NCBI GenBank assembly: GCA_964621305.1
Contig: CAZUOM010000005.1
Coordinates: 18,647-82,646 of the forward strand
Direction of reading: 5' to 3'
DNA from: an uncultured Gammaproteobacteria bacterium
GTDB taxonomy: Bacteria > Patescibacteriota > Microgenomatia > UBA10105 > UBA927
Length of the DNA stretch: 64,000 nucleotides
Shown: positions 48,288-57,876 of the stretch, piece after piece
Layout: every line of letters begins with the position of its first letter
Numbering within the stretch: position 1 is the stretch's first letter
Position numbers and translations under genes: made by a program
Notes under the pieces: generated by a model
The model's input: only the letters and a program-made list of their open reading frames with translations
Told to the model about the DNA's origin: nothing
Databases searched by the model: none

Positions 48288-49796
48288 TTACAATATTCTC
48301 CTGCCTGTTAGTAGTTTACGCACTTCCAACATAGCTGAATACGTAGGCAATATGTAAAGAGTTTCTGATTTTGGAGTTTGTCTTAGACACCGGTTTATTG
48401 CTTTCTTTAAGTCTTCTTCAATTTGAAATTTGAAATTTGAAATTTGAAATTTTGAGGGATTTGAGTATTTTATTCTCAATCCCATATCCCAACATCGATC
48501 TCCCGATATTACCATTATCGTTTTTTCCGCGATCATCTCAAAATCCACATCCCAGATCCAGCTAACGTCTCGCCCATCCGGAATACGATCGTTGAGGACA
48601 AACAAAATATTTTTAGCGCCCAGTTGGAGAACTGTTCGTAACGATTCATTAAATCCGGCAGGATTTTTTGAGAGAAATATCTTCACCTTTCGACCATCAA
48701 TCTCAAATTCTTCCTGGCGGCCAAAGGCAGGAGAAAAGCCCCTAAGCGCATGCTTAATTTTCTGATCGGCAATGCCTAATGACTTTGCTGTCGCGACAGT
48801 CGCAAGGGTATTGTAACGATTATAGAAGCCTGGCAATGGATACTCCCACGTCGAAATATCCGGTTTTGGTCGTATGTTTTTACACCTGGCGCAGCGCCAG
48901 TCGCCTATGTGAGAATAATAAACGCCCTTGTACGTTAACCGTGTACCGCATCGCGGACAAAACGTTGAATCAGTTGCATGCTCGAGCTTTTCGACAAACT
49001 GCGCCGGATCATCGAGACCAAAGAATATGACCCTTTTTGTCATCGCGATCCGCCAGCTGGCGGAGTGGCGATCTCGGACTTGATTTGAGATTGCTTCGCC
49101 ATGAGAATGGTCTCGCAATGACAAAGGCCGTGCTATCTCAGCAATCTGCGGATCATCGGCATTGGCAATTACCTGAATACTAGGGCCGAGCCTCGAGCGA
49201 TCCCGAGTCTTTGCGAGGGAGAAGCGATCGGCTCGTCCTGAGGAGTCCTGAGCTTGCGAGGGACGACGAAGGGCTCTCTCCCATTTCTCCGCGATCACAT
49301 CCACCTCTCCATACCGATCCAACTGATCCCGAAAAAGATTAAGTAAGACAACAACAACTTTTTGTTTGTTGTCATTGCGAGGAGTCTTCGACGAAGCAAT
49401 CTTCTGTTTAATTGAGATCGCTTCGCCGTCAGAACGGTCTCGCGATGACAAGTTAGCCAGTACTCCCGGAAGGGAGTTTTCGTCTACCTCAAACACTCCC
49501 CATTCCCCCGGCGGACTCGTAATGATGGCAGAAACGATACCGTTAAGAAGGTTTGCGCCGCTTGAATTGTGAACGACACTTTGTCCGTCTTTCTCAAGAA
49601 TTGTTTTTATCATGAAAGCTGTCGTTGTTTTTCCGTTTGTTCCGGCAACCAAGATGATATTTTTAGGTGTTATTTTAGATAAAATATCGGGGTCAATCCG
49701 CAACGCAATTTCCCCCGGCCAAGTTGCTCCAGCGCCGAGGTTGAGTAGTTTAATTAGCAATGAAACAATTTTTCCGAGAAAGACGGGAAAAATCAT
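48288..49796 (-). CDS. murT: lipid II isoglutaminyl synthase, Mur-ligase-like subunit MurT (with internal in-frame insertions)
   Basis: 502 aa; ILVAGTNGKTTTAFMI P-loop, conserved LNLFRDQLDRYGE block, Cys4 zinc ribbon CPRCGTRL...CARCKN; several low-complexity in-frame insertions coincide with palindromic DNA elements. Confidence 0.8.
   Translation of the reverse strand: MIFPVFLGKIVSLLIKLLNLGAGATWPGEIALRIDPDILSKITPKNIILVAGTNGKTTTAFMIKTILEKDGQSVVHNSSGANLLNGIVSAIITSPPGEWGVFEVDENSLPGVLANLSSRDRSDGEAISIKQKIASSKTPRNDNKQKVVVVLLNLFRDQLDRYGEVDVIAEKWERALRRPSQAQDSSGRADRFSLAKTRDRSRLGPSIQVIANADDPQIAEIARPLSLRDHSHGEAISNQVRDRHSASWRIAMTKRVIFFGLDDPAQFVEKLEHATDSTFCPRCGTRLTYKGVYYSHIGDWRCARCKNIRPKPDISTWEYPLPGFYNRYNTLATVATAKSLGIADQKIKHALRGFSPAFGRQEEFEIDGRKVKIFLSKNPAGFNESLRTVLQLGAKNILFVLNDRIPDGRDVSWIWDVDFEMIAEKTIMVISGDRCWDMGLRIKYSNPSKFQISNFKFQIEEDLKKAINRCLRQTPKSETLYILPTYSAMLEVRKLLTGRRIL
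49028..49113. mobile_element. MITE-like palindromic element with 12-bp terminal inverted repeats (TGTCATCGCGAT...CTCGCAATGACA), in-frame inside murT
   Basis: termini are reverse complements; interior is an inverted pair of a ~38-nt unit (gagattgcttcgcc...ggtctcgcaatgaca). Confidence 0.5.
49370..49450. mobile_element. second MITE-like palindromic element with 12-bp TIRs (TGTCATTGCGAG...CTCGCGATGACA), 81 nt = 27 codons, in-frame inside murT
   Basis: same TIR family as 49028..49113; a third degenerate copy of the unit lies between them at ~49190..49290. Confidence 0.5.
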
Positions 49797-49822
49797 GAGA
49801 AAGGCCTCTGAGTGGGATTATC

Positions 49823-50716
49823 TCACATCGCCCGCAATATCTTTATCCTCTCCTCAATCGGCGGGTGGGTGTTGAAGAGGCTGGAAAACCAGGCAGCAAA
49901 CTGTTTTCCCTTAAAGGGGTTGGTAATGTAAAGGTGAGCGGTAGCATTGGTTGCCGCCTCGAGTACTTCTTTGTCTTTTGAAAGCTTTTCGAGAGCCCTT
50001 GCTAAGCCTTCAGGATAACGCGTCAAATGGGAACCAGATGCGTCGGCCAAAAATTCGCGTCTGCGCGAGATAGCAAGCTGGATAAGGGTTGCCAAAATCG
50101 GCGTGGCGATGGCTAAAATGATTCCGATAACGAGCAGCGGAGCGCTGGACCGGTCGCTATCTCGATCACGGTGGCCTCCCCACCAGAGGTTGCGCAAAAA
50201 CATATCAGCTAAAAACGCGACAGTTCCAACCAGTACTGCAACCACCGCCATAAGTCTGATATCGAAATTTTTTATATGCGAAAGTTCGTGAGCGATGACG
50301 CCCTCCAGCTCGCGCCGCTCTAGCCGAGAAAGGATGCCCGTTGTAGCGCAGACCACCGCATGCTCGGGATCGCGGCCCGTGGCAAATGCGTTCATGGCGG
50401 TATCGTCAATCACGTATAATTTAGGTTTCGGAATGCCAGAGGCAATAGCTAGGTTCTCGGTAACAGTAAAAAAGTCAAAGTCGCGCTTTCGGTTTGCCGG
50501 CCGCGCACCGGACATAGCCAAGACCATTCTGTCCCCCCAGTAATAACTGACAAAACTTGAAATAACGGAAAATGCGACTGCAATCCACATTAAGCTCGTC
50601 CCGTAGCCAAGAACTACCCCAAATACGTAACCGGCGGCGACCACAAACGCCATAAATCCCGCCATAAGTACCAGCGTTTTGCTTTTATTGGAAGCAATTT
50701 CGGACTGAATGGTCAT
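49823..50716 (-). CDS. htpX: HtpX-family M48 zinc metalloprotease
   Basis: 297 aa; four TM segments and HEXXH motif GVIAHELSHIKNFD. Confidence 0.85.
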   Translation of the reverse strand: MTIQSEIASNKSKTLVLMAGFMAFVVAAGYVFGVVLGYGTSLMWIAVAFSVISSFVSYYWGDRMVLAMSGARPANRKRDFDFFTVTENLAIASGIPKPKLYVIDDTAMNAFATGRDPEHAVVCATTGILSRLERRELEGVIAHELSHIKNFDIRLMAVVAVLVGTVAFLADMFLRNLWWGGHRDRDSDRSSAPLLVIGIILAIATPILATLIQLAISRRREFLADASGSHLTRYPEGLARALEKLSKDKEVLEAATNATAHLYITNPFKGKQFAAWFSSLFNTHPPIEERIKILRAM

Positions 50717-51270
50717 GAGAAGTTGACGTTAATGGGTTTGCGCTCTCCCTCCGTTGCGCCGAAGAATTCTTTTTCACCAAAGCCAAACATTTCGTTAAAC
50801 AAGGTGTTTGGGAATGTTCGGATCTTGATATTGTAGTCGTTGACCACGGAGTTGTAGTATTGCCTGCTGTAAGCGACTTTGTCCTCGGTGTCTGAAAGTT
50901 CTTTCTGAAGTTGCAGAAACACTTCGTTGGCTTTGAGTTGCGGGTAGTTTTCCGCAACTGCAAACAGCTTGCCCAACGCGCTAGTCAGCATGTCGCTTGC
51001 CGCAGCTTTTTTATCAAGGCTCCGGGCCCCCAAAAGTGCACTCCTAGCCTTGGTTACCTCAGAAAACACGGTCTTCTCATGCTTGGCATAACCTTTTACC
51101 GTATCAACAAGGTTGGGGATGAGCTCAGCGCGGCGCTTGAGTTGGACGTCAATTTGGCTCCATGCTTCTTCAATCTGGGTTTTAAGCGCAACAAGACTGT
51201 TATAGAGACTCCAAAAGTAAAGGACGACTAAAACTACTAAACCGACAAGTATCCAAACTAGTGTAGTCAT
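50713..51270 (-). CDS. lemA: LemA family protein
   Basis: 185 aa; N-terminal TM helix and the typical LemA consensus (YNSLVALKTQIEEAWSQIDVQLKRRAELIPNLV); classic LemA-HtpX pair. Confidence 0.85.
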   Translation of the reverse strand: MTTLVWILVGLVVLVVLYFWSLYNSLVALKTQIEEAWSQIDVQLKRRAELIPNLVDTVKGYAKHEKTVFSEVTKARSALLGARSLDKKAAASDMLTSALGKLFAVAENYPQLKANEVFLQLQKELSDTEDKVAYSRQYYNSVVNDYNIKIRTFPNTLFNEMFGFGEKEFFGATEGERKPINVNFS

Positions 51271-53051
51271 AAGTTAAAAAGCCACTTTCTAAAATCAGTA
51301 TACATCATTGTATTTACAATGTCACTTTTTTCCGCCCACCCACGCTTGGCAACAGAAACGCCATATTTCATCATGTCCATCTGATAAGCAGCGTGGCTGT
51401 CAGTGTTAATGCAAAATTTGACCCCGGCTCTAACTGCATCGTAGACGATTGTATCAGGCAGGTCAAGCCGCTGGTGGTAGGCGTTAATTTCAAGCGCAAT
51501 GTTCTTCTCTCTGCAAGCGGCAAAAATTTCTTGCCAGTCAAGTTCCACTCCCTCACGCTTGCCTAGAAGCCTTCCCGTTGGGTGACCGAAGATTCGTACT
51601 TTTTGGTGAGCAGTCAGGGCCGCAATCACACGCTTAGTCATTTCTTTCCGCGGCTGGGCGAAGCTGGAGTGAATAGAAACTATCACCGCATCTACAAAAA
51701 CAAACGCATCTATTGGCAAAGACAATTTTCCATCCGACTGAATATCCACTTCGCACATGACAAATATATTCATATTGGGTACTTTTTTTGTCCATGAGGA
51801 ATATTTTTGTTCATAAAAGTCCTTTCGTCGCTTCATGATGTCTAATATCTGTTGTTTGGACAAATCCGAAGTTTTCGGATTATGGTCGCTTAGACCGATG
51901 TATTCATACTTGAGGCTTGCTGCTGTCTCCAGATATTTTTCCAAAGGATCCGCTCCCAAATCATGCGAAGGCTTGAGATCATAATCGGTATGAATATGCA
52001 GGTCTCCTTTGATATCAGTAAGTTTAACCAAATTGGGCAATCGTTTTCGAATACCGGCTTCGATCTCTCCCTTATCTTCCCGCAGCTCAGGAGGAATCCA
52101 CGGCAAACCCAGGCGTTTATAAAAATCTTCTTCCGTTGCGCACGAAATAAGTTTTGAACTTTGAACTTTTTTAATCCCATATTCATTCAGGCTTAATCCC
52201 TTGGAAAGACCGTACTCACGCAGCTTGATGTTGTGATTTTTGGATCCGGTGAAGTATTGGAGCATGGCGCCATATTTTACCGGCTCAATCACTCGCAAAT
52301 CCACCTGTCGACCGTTGGTAAGAAGGAGAGTCGCGCCGCTTGGCCCCTGTTCAACTATTTTTTGATGCGGATATTTGACGAAGCGATCTATGACGTCCTT
52401 AGGTTTGGTTGTGGCGACAGCAATGTCGATATCACCGATGGTTGAAACCTGCCTGCGCAAACTGCCAAGGGCGTCGACTCGATCGACTGCAGACAGCTCC
52501 CTGAGGTAACCCATAACATCTTGGGCTATCGCATCGGCAATCGGCAGTCCCATGCGATTTTCCTTGATCTGGCCTTTTTTGTATGTGGCTATTGCCTCCA
52601 AAATATCCAGTTCGGACTTTTCACCAAATCCCTCAATCGGATCGATCTTGTGGGCTTTGGCTAAAAACTCAAGTTCTCCCACCGCATCATCTTCGTCGTC
52701 TTTGATTTTGAGCGCCGTCACTAGCTTGTACGCCTTCTTCGGACCGATACCGGGAACGAGAAGGAGGGGGAACACCGCCTGAGGGACTTTTCGCATCACA
52801 TGGTCAAAATGTTTAGCCCTTCCTGTGCGAAAAAGCTCGTCGAGGTGGCCGGCAATAGATGGGCCTACTCCCGGAATCTGGTCGAGTTTCCCATCATCCC
52901 AGAGGTCTTTTACTTCGCTAGTTAAGTGCTCGATGCTATCGCTGGCTCTCTCGTAGGCGATAATTTTGAAACGGTTTTCACCGAGTATTTGATACGCAGC
53001 CGCCATCTGGCGCAGAAGCTGGGCAAGTTCAAGATTTGTCAACGACTTCAT
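51267..53051 (-). CDS. polX: family X DNA polymerase with C-terminal PHP domain (PolX)
   Basis: 594 aa; HhH and pol-beta-like nucleotidyltransferase core (GSLRRQVSTIGDIDIAV) plus PHP (DLHIHTDYD...). Confidence 0.85.
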   Translation of the reverse strand: MKSLTNLELAQLLRQMAAAYQILGENRFKIIAYERASDSIEHLTSEVKDLWDDGKLDQIPGVGPSIAGHLDELFRTGRAKHFDHVMRKVPQAVFPLLLVPGIGPKKAYKLVTALKIKDDEDDAVGELEFLAKAHKIDPIEGFGEKSELDILEAIATYKKGQIKENRMGLPIADAIAQDVMGYLRELSAVDRVDALGSLRRQVSTIGDIDIAVATTKPKDVIDRFVKYPHQKIVEQGPSGATLLLTNGRQVDLRVIEPVKYGAMLQYFTGSKNHNIKLREYGLSKGLSLNEYGIKKVQSSKLISCATEEDFYKRLGLPWIPPELREDKGEIEAGIRKRLPNLVKLTDIKGDLHIHTDYDLKPSHDLGADPLEKYLETAASLKYEYIGLSDHNPKTSDLSKQQILDIMKRRKDFYEQKYSSWTKKVPNMNIFVMCEVDIQSDGKLSLPIDAFVFVDAVIVSIHSSFAQPRKEMTKRVIAALTAHQKVRIFGHPTGRLLGKREGVELDWQEIFAACREKNIALEINAYHQRLDLPDTIVYDAVRAGVKFCINTDSHAAYQMDMMKYGVSVAKRGWAEKSDIVNTMMYTDFRKWLFNL

Positions 53052-53090
53052 TGATTCTTATACTACCACATGGTAAGATCTTATAAATTT

Positions 53091-53166
53091 GGTCGCGTGG
53101 TGTAGCCTGGCCTAACACGCGTCCCTGTCAAGGACGAGATCACCGGTTCAAATCCGGCCGCGACCG
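53091..53166 (+). tRNA. tRNA-Asp (anticodon GTC)
   Basis: acceptor GGTCGCG/CGCGACC, D-stem GTGT/ACAC, anticodon stem CGTCC/GGACG with loop CTGTCAA, TTCAAAT T-loop. Confidence 0.75.
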
Positions 53167-53205
53167 CTTTACTGCCACAACTGCCTGGAACGGAGGAGAT
53201 TACAA

Positions 53206-53763
53206 ATGTGGGATGAACTTAAAAAACGCTTTTCGTCAACAGATTCCGCAGCATCTTTAGTTTTAGGCTTGGCAGTAGTAGTTGTATTAGGCGCCTTGCT
53301 CTTTAATTACATCAAAGACAAACAGCCAGTTCCCGGAACAACGACAACCGCACCGGGCGCAGGTGGTCAAACAGAACAGATGCAGCCGGTTAGCTCGCCA
53401 ACCACCCATACAGTTGCCTCTGGCGATACGCTCTGGAGCGTATCACAGAAGTACTACAAAACCGGGTACAATTGGGTAGATTTGGTGGAAGCCAACAACC
53501 TTGCTGATGCCAATCGTATAGAAATAGGCCAGACCCTGAAAATTCCCCTTGTCACGCCGATTGTGCCTCAAGGACAGGTGGCAGGCGGCATGATGGCAAA
53601 AAAACCGGAGCAAACTAGCTACACTGTTGTACGTGGCGATACCCTGTGGGCAATCGCGGTCAAGCAATACAACGACGGCTACAAGTGGTCATCAATTGCA
53701 GCTATCAATAAGCTAGCTAATCCAGACCTGATCCACGCCGGAAACGTCCTGGTATTGCCGTAA
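53206..53763 (+). CDS. LysM-domain peptidoglycan-binding protein (two LysM repeats, N-terminal membrane anchor)
   Basis: 185 aa; two copies of ...GDTLW..I......Y.....I...N.L.....I..G..L.IP; good SD GGAGGAG upstream. Confidence 0.8.
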   Translation: MWDELKKRFSSTDSAASLVLGLAVVVVLGALLFNYIKDKQPVPGTTTTAPGAGGQTEQMQPVSSPTTHTVASGDTLWSVSQKYYKTGYNWVDLVEANNLADANRIEIGQTLKIPLVTPIVPQGQVAGGMMAKKPEQTSYTVVRGDTLWAIAVKQYNDGYKWSSIAAINKLANPDLIHAGNVLVLP

Positions 53764-53793
53764 GGTGACGTCGCGCGTAGGCGGCAATCTAAT

Positions 53794-53865
53794 GCGGGTG
53801 TGGTCCAATGGTAGGATGCGTCCTTCCCAAGGATGAGGCGGGGGTTCGACTTCCCCTCACCCGCT
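53794..53865 (+). tRNA. tRNA-Gly (anticodon CCC)
   Basis: acceptor GCGGGTG/CACCCGC, anticodon stem CGTCC/GGATG with loop TTCCCAA; T-arm GGGGG-TTCGACT-(T)CCCC appears to carry one extra nucleotide in my hand fold. Confidence 0.7.
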
Positions 53866-53876
53866 CAGGAGAATCT

Positions 53877-53947
53877 GCCGATATAGCTCAATGGCAGAGC
53901 AGCGGTTTCGTAAACCGTAGATGACAGTCCGATTCTGTCTATCGGCT
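53877..53947 (+). tRNA. tRNA-Thr (anticodon CGT)
   Basis: acceptor GCCGATA/TATCGGC, D-arm GCTC-AATGGCA-GAGC, anticodon stem GCGGT/ACCGT with loop TTCGTAA, T-arm GACAG-TCCGATT-CTGTC. Confidence 0.75.
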
Positions 53948-54059
53948 CATGGGGTCAGGCCTCGATTTAGTCGTTATAACAATCCAGCCAGCTACCTTCA
54001 CTTAACTATCTCCACTGTCAATGCTTTCGTAAGGCCAAAGTTATACAATACCTTTATAT

Positions 54060-54770
54060 ATGCGCTCATCGCGACTCAGGCGATTTGAGGAAAGGAAACA
54101 AAAGAGAAGACTAACCCTTGCTATCGTTGGATCTGTTGCTATCATATTATTTTTAGGCTTTTTCGGCCTGAAAATCCTCGTCGGCTTTAGCCTATTTCTT
54201 GATAAGTTCCAGGGTACGGCACCAAAAGAGCAGTCGCAGACGATCGTCCTGCCTCCGATCATTGATCCTCTACCGGAGGCCACCAACAGCGCAACGATCG
54301 ATGTCACCGGCAAAGGACAGCCTGGCCTCACACTTATCGTTTATCTAAATGAAGCTGACACAAAAAAACTCACCGTTGCCGATGACGGAACCTTTACTAT
54401 AAAGAATCTTACTGTCTCTGAAGGAACCAACACGGTCAGCGCCAAGCAAAAAGATGATAAAGACAACACCAGCGATCTCTCTAACGTCATCACGATTCAG
54501 GTTAAACGGACGCCACCGACGCTTGATGTAACCGCTCCGGCAGAGGGAGCGACTCTAATCGGAGAAAAAAATACAGTAACTGTCGCTGGATCTGTAAGGG
54601 ACGATAGTACAAGCGTGACCGTCAACGGCCGATTCGTCGTGGTAGGAAGCGGCGGCAGCTTTCGCTATGAACACCCGCTCAGCGAAGGAGGCAACACCCT
54701 AACTATTGTCGCAACAGACGCCGCCGGCAACCAAACACAATTAGAGCGCCGTGTCACGTATCAGAGATAG
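54060..54770 (+). CDS. membrane-anchored surface protein with Ig-like (Big-type) beta-sandwich repeats
   Basis: 236 aa; basic N-terminus plus TM helix, then Thr/Val-rich repeats (TVSAKQKD..., TVTVAGSVRDD..., TLTIVATDAAGN) typical of bacterial Ig-like domains. Confidence 0.45.
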   Translation: MRSSRLRRFEERKQKRRLTLAIVGSVAIILFLGFFGLKILVGFSLFLDKFQGTAPKEQSQTIVLPPIIDPLPEATNSATIDVTGKGQPGLTLIVYLNEADTKKLTVADDGTFTIKNLTVSEGTNTVSAKQKDDKDNTSDLSNVITIQVKRTPPTLDVTAPAEGATLIGEKNTVTVAGSVRDDSTSVTVNGRFVVVGSGGSFRYEHPLSEGGNTLTIVATDAAGNQTQLERRVTYQR

Positions 54771-55863
54771 ATGCACCAGCCAATATCCACATCCATACCA
54801 TCACCCAAGGATAAAAAAGGCTGTTGACAAATAAACTGTGCACAAAGACTGCGGCAAGGCTTGCCAAATACATTGGTTTGCGCCCAATTTTGCCCATCCT
54901 CAACAAAAGCCAAAGGTAAGCTCCCAGCCCAACAATCCCAGTTGTCGCAGCCACAAAAAGAAGGCTGTTGTCTACCCCTGCCCCCGCACGCGAGGGAGTT
55001 ATGTCTCTCGTCTCGCGCTGCCGGAGAATCGGCAAAGTATTAAATCCCCACCCGAACAACGGTTTTTGACTGATTAAAGAGAAGGTCTCCTTCCAGTTGA
55101 CAAGTCTCGAAACAGTCGAGTCAAATCGATCGAGCGAAAGCGCTTCCCGGCCCGGATGCGGCAGATAAACAATCGCTAGAAGCACAAGCAGCACGACAAA
55201 CAGCCCCTTTTTCCACTGGCTTTTTACCAAAACCCCAAAAAAGACTCCTGTCAGCAACGCAAGGTAACTACTACGTGAATACGTAAGAAGTAGCGCAATG
55301 AAAGCCAAAATAACAAAGTGAATTTTTTTCAGATCGACAGCAAGTAATATTGTTAAAACGATGATTATACCTGTGAAATTCGGGTCAAAAAGCGTGCTAA
55401 ACAATCTATAGTAATGCGGGTCCCACCCAAGGTACATGAGATTGCGCAGATCCGGATAAAGGAAAAATTGTAACAACCCCAAAACTGATAATCCTACTCC
55501 CGCCCCGAATAATGCCTTCAACAGATTCTTTTTCTTAACGACATTGCATGCGGCGACAAAATACAGCCCAGCGTAAAACACCCAACGTACCAAATACAGA
55601 CTGCTCCTTGCTAACTCCTGCCAGGAAAACTGGGAGCTATTGGCAAGAAGCGATATAGCTCCCACCACTACAAACGCCGCTATGGGCCTGACAAGGCGAG
55701 ACCCTGTCATGGACCGTCTGAAAGCTTTCTTTCTAAACGCTACAACCAAGATAATCGCCAAAACTATCTCGTGCGCGTACACTACCACCCCCCTCGCCAC
55801 TTGCATACCACCAAGTTGGCCCAATAACAGGCTAAAGAAGAAAGTTAAAAGAAGCAGTTTCAT
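54754..55863 (-). CDS. O-antigen ligase/polymerase-like polytopic membrane protein (Wzy_C-like)
   Basis: 369 aa; ~10 TM helices with a loop containing YSRSSYLALLTGVFFG resembling the O-antigen ligase domain. Confidence 0.45.
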   Translation of the reverse strand: MKLLLLTFFFSLLLGQLGGMQVARGVVVYAHEIVLAIILVVAFRKKAFRRSMTGSRLVRPIAAFVVVGAISLLANSSQFSWQELARSSLYLVRWVFYAGLYFVAACNVVKKKNLLKALFGAGVGLSVLGLLQFFLYPDLRNLMYLGWDPHYYRLFSTLFDPNFTGIIIVLTILLAVDLKKIHFVILAFIALLLTYSRSSYLALLTGVFFGVLVKSQWKKGLFVVLLVLLAIVYLPHPGREALSLDRFDSTVSRLVNWKETFSLISQKPLFGWGFNTLPILRQRETRDITPSRAGAGVDNSLLFVAATTGIVGLGAYLWLLLRMGKIGRKPMYLASLAAVFVHSLFVNSLFYPWVMVWMWILAGASISDT

Positions 55864-56633
55864 GAATGCTCATTCTGCAAGCGCCAAAGTTTAGAACGCA
55901 CAAGAAAGGAGTGAAAACTCATCATAAGAGCTAAAATTACTCCAGCAGTTCCATCCATAAACCCCAGGCGCCAGAAATAATTGACAAGAAACTTGATTTT
56001 CGGATATGCGATGATCTGCCACCAAGACACGGTAACTCCTTGGGAATGTAAATATCGTGCGTTGAGAGTCGAATACCGGTTAATTTCATCTAAAAATTGT
56101 GCGACGTTAGGGTGGGGGTAGTGGAGGAGTGGATGACTTAGTTCTCCAACGTTTCCTTTTACGTCCCACACTTCATGCACCGGCCGTGTCCATTTTCCAG
56201 CGTCCTTTTTAGCCAGTCGCAACAGTTTCACATTGGCCGTCTCCCCGTGTGTAAGCCACCTCCCCAAAAAATAATCCTTTCTCTTGACGTAGAATCCAAC
56301 CTCTCTATTTGATATTTCCGCTGGTTTTTTGATGACATTCTGAATCTCAGAAGCCAATTCTTGACTCACAATCTCATCGGAATCTATAAACAATACCCAC
56401 TCCCCTCTCGCCTTACTCAACCCAAAATTCCTCTGGGCCGCAAAATCACCGTTGAGTTTTCTCCGAAATACTTTTCCTCCCAGTTTTTTAGCTAGCTGCG
56501 CCGTCCCATCTGTCGACTCGTCGTCAATAACTACTATCTCATCGCACCAGGTCAGAGACTGGTAGCATCGTTTGATAATGTCTTCGTCATCATGTGTTAA
56601 GACAACTCCAGATATCATAATCCCATTGTACAA
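55860..56633 (-). CDS. family 2 glycosyltransferase
   Basis: 257 aa; GT-A fold motifs VVLTHDDEDII...VIDDESTDGT...LFIDSDE (DxD). Confidence 0.8.
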   Translation of the reverse strand: MYNGIMISGVVLTHDDEDIIKRCYQSLTWCDEIVVIDDESTDGTAQLAKKLGGKVFRRKLNGDFAAQRNFGLSKARGEWVLFIDSDEIVSQELASEIQNVIKKPAEISNREVGFYVKRKDYFLGRWLTHGETANVKLLRLAKKDAGKWTRPVHEVWDVKGNVGELSHPLLHYPHPNVAQFLDEINRYSTLNARYLHSQGVTVSWWQIIAYPKIKFLVNYFWRLGFMDGTAGVILALMMSFHSFLVRSKLWRLQNEHS

Positions 56634-56787
56634 CTTTCCTTTTTCTCAATACCATCAACCTAGTAGTAACAAGCGGTCGCTTTTCACTACTAGGTTCCAA
56701 GAAGAGTGAGTCCTCCACGGACTGAAGTAATAATTTACCGGAAAATAAATCTCGTGTACACTACGTCAACGCGTACTCTCTAAAAAA

Positions 56788-57876
56788 ATGAACACGCCAA
56801 GGATCTTTTTTTTCATTTTCGTTATCTATATTCTAGGATTTTTTGCGCACGTGCTCCATCTTAAAAAAACAGTCTACGGGGATGGGATTTTTTACTACTC
56901 GTGGGTGCGTTCCATGGTTGTTGACCATGACATCGATTTTCAAAATGACTATCAACATTTTGGGGTAAATCAACAGGGAAATAAACACGCCGTAGGTCCG
57001 GCGCTTTTGTGGATTGTCCCGTTTTGGTGGATGCACCAGACTGTTCAGGCAACAGGCTACGAGTTTCCTTACCAATTGGCCGTTGGCTTAACAAGCGTCC
57101 TTGCCGTGATTTTCGGGCTGATTCTTCTCTACCAACTCCTTCGTAGATGGTTTAGTCAATCAGCAAGTATTTTAACCATACTTGCCATCGCGTTTACGAC
57201 CAATCTCCTTTTTTACGGGTCGCTGGATACTGTCAATTCTCACGGGGTATCGTTTTTTGCCAGTGCACTCTTTTTGGCCTTCCTTATCAATCGTCAAGCG
57301 TTGTTAGCCGGATTGGCACTCGGCTTCCTCGGAGCCATTCGCCCTCACGACCTTATTCTTGGCATTGTCGCATTCGGACTCTTGCATAAAAAAGAGTGGA
57401 CAAAATTTCTGGTCGGAGCAGGAATCGGCTTTTTGCCGCAACTCGTTGCCTGGCAAGCACTCTACGGAAACTTTTGGAACATCCCATATTTTTCCGGCGA
57501 AGGATTTAATTTACTGCAACCACACCTTCTGGAGGTTCTTTTTTCGACAAACTTTGGCCTATTTGTTTATTCTCCCATTCTGATCCTCGGACTACTCGGG
57601 CTTTTTTTCTGGAAAAACCGATTGCGTCTATTTTTCTCTCTTGCCATCCTCCTAGAGTTACTCGCCATCTCCTCCTGGAGCACCTGGTGGCAAGGGGCTA
57701 GCTACGGCGGCCGGATGTTTGTCGGGAGTCTCCCGCTTTTTGCCTTAGGAATCGCGACAACTTTTCAATTGCTACTGCGGGCAATCCGTTCAATAAATTT
57801 TGTATTAGCAGCTGTCATCATTCCACTTTCACTTTTAAATGTCATCTTGATATTTTTCTTTCTCTTACGGACGTAA
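56788..57876 (+). CDS. polytopic membrane protein, possible GT-C-type glycosyltransferase
   Basis: 362 aa; >=9 predicted TM helices, large first loop with acidic cluster (VVDHDIDFQNDY). Confidence 0.35.
   Translation: MNTPRIFFFIFVIYILGFFAHVLHLKKTVYGDGIFYYSWVRSMVVDHDIDFQNDYQHFGVNQQGNKHAVGPALLWIVPFWWMHQTVQATGYEFPYQLAVGLTSVLAVIFGLILLYQLLRRWFSQSASILTILAIAFTTNLLFYGSLDTVNSHGVSFFASALFLAFLINRQALLAGLALGFLGAIRPHDLILGIVAFGLLHKKEWTKFLVGAGIGFLPQLVAWQALYGNFWNIPYFSGEGFNLLQPHLLEVLFSTNFGLFVYSPILILGLLGLFFWKNRLRLFFSLAILLELLAISSWSTWWQGASYGGRMFVGSLPLFALGIATTFQLLLRAIRSINFVLAAVIIPLSLLNVILIFFFLLRT

Noticed and set aside
53794-53865. tRNA-Gly flagged as pseudo-tRNA because of an extra nucleotide between T-stem and acceptor stem
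   Set aside because: The irregularity may be an artefact of hand-folding (alternative 8-nt T-loop or G-U closing pair). The anticodon arm, D-arm and acceptor stem are perfect, so it is kept as a functional tRNA with a note.
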